From Eledone cirrhosa (lineage: Eukaryota): 64,000 bases of DNA. A model generated the notes under the pieces. It was given only the letters and a program-made list of their open reading frames with translations, ran no database searches and was not told where the DNA came from. Shown in pieces: positions 63,311 to 64,000 of the stretch. The DNA is taken from assembly GCA_964016885.1 (NCBI GenBank), contig OZ024752.1, positions 39,990,001 to 40,054,000 on the forward strand. The letters are read 5' to 3'. A program made the translations under genes and the position numbers. Every line of letters begins with the position of its first letter. Positions within the stretch are counted from its first letter, which is position 1.

Positions 63311-63376
63311 TATTTTATTATACATATTTCAGGGATACCATATTAAAAATATGGCATGCCTTCTTCAGATAAAATA
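63311..63376 (-). ncRNA. minimal type I hammerhead ribozyme
   Basis: tattttat-CUGAAGA-[agg c atgccatatt ttt aatatggtat c cct]-GAAA-TATGTA-UA-ataaaata. Confidence 0.72.
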
Positions 63377-63720
63377 CAATATATAAGCAGTTTTATAAAT
63401 AAATTTGACGTACCATAAAATATTTATCAACTTCCATTTAAAAAAGTTGGTTTGGTAGTGAAATGTTTGTAAATATTTAGTGTTAAGCACAGTTAGAAAG
63501 AAAGACGGAGAGAAGGAATAAATGTATGTAAAGAAAAACCGAGAGAGATATGGGAGAGAGAAATAGTGTTTTTCTTTACATACATTTATTCCTTCTCTCC
63601 TTCTTTCTTTCTAACACTAAATATTTACAAACATTTCACTACCAAACCAACTTTTTTAAATGGAAGTTGATCAATATTTTATGGTACGTCAAATTTATTT
63701 ATAAAACTGCTTATATATTG

Positions 63721-63786
63721 TATTTTATCTGAAGAAGGCATGCCATATTTTTAATATGGTATCCCTGAAATATGTATAATGAAATA
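63721..63786 (+). ncRNA. minimal type I hammerhead ribozyme (inverted partner)
   Basis: Same motif with one G.U in stem I. Confidence 0.7.
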
Positions 63787-64000
63787 AATATGGTTTTATA
63801 AATATAGTTTCCATTTGTTTAATATCGTATATCTACTCCAAAACTTGTTGAGTGTTTTATATCAGTTATAAAATATTTACTCGTAACCCAACAATTTTAA
63901 ATAAAACTTTTGTATACATATAATATATATTTATATATATACATATATAATATATATAACCTATATCACCGTTTTACGTCCGTTCTTCCACACTAGCATG

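Overview
AT-rich, repeat-dense eukaryotic DNA. The SINE/RTE repertoire and very long (TA)n fields suggest an octopod cephalopod; this is an inference. The only host gene I can support is the 3' part of a + strand Cad99C/protocadherin-15-like cadherin. It has 17 in-frame GT-AG coding exons from 2620 to the stop at 44117 (735 aa visible). They encode cadherin repeats, an RKRR furin-type site, a membrane-adjacent domain, a TM helix and a cytoplasmic tail ending in a PDZ-binding motif (ETTTIL*). Introns and the downstream 20 kb hold tRNA-derived SINEs, RTE, CR1 and R4/Dong LINE fragments, piggyBac, hAT and pogo-type MITEs, minisatellites, (TA)n fields and a 200-N gap. The most notable unannotated signal is five non-coding fold-back elements of apparently distinct sequence, beside (TA)n tracts, that carry minimal type I hammerhead ribozymes facing outward. 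One is a 467-bp tandem plus inverted, retrozyme-like array whose monomer is bounded by two intact ribozymes. All structures were read by eye; no searches or folding programs were run.
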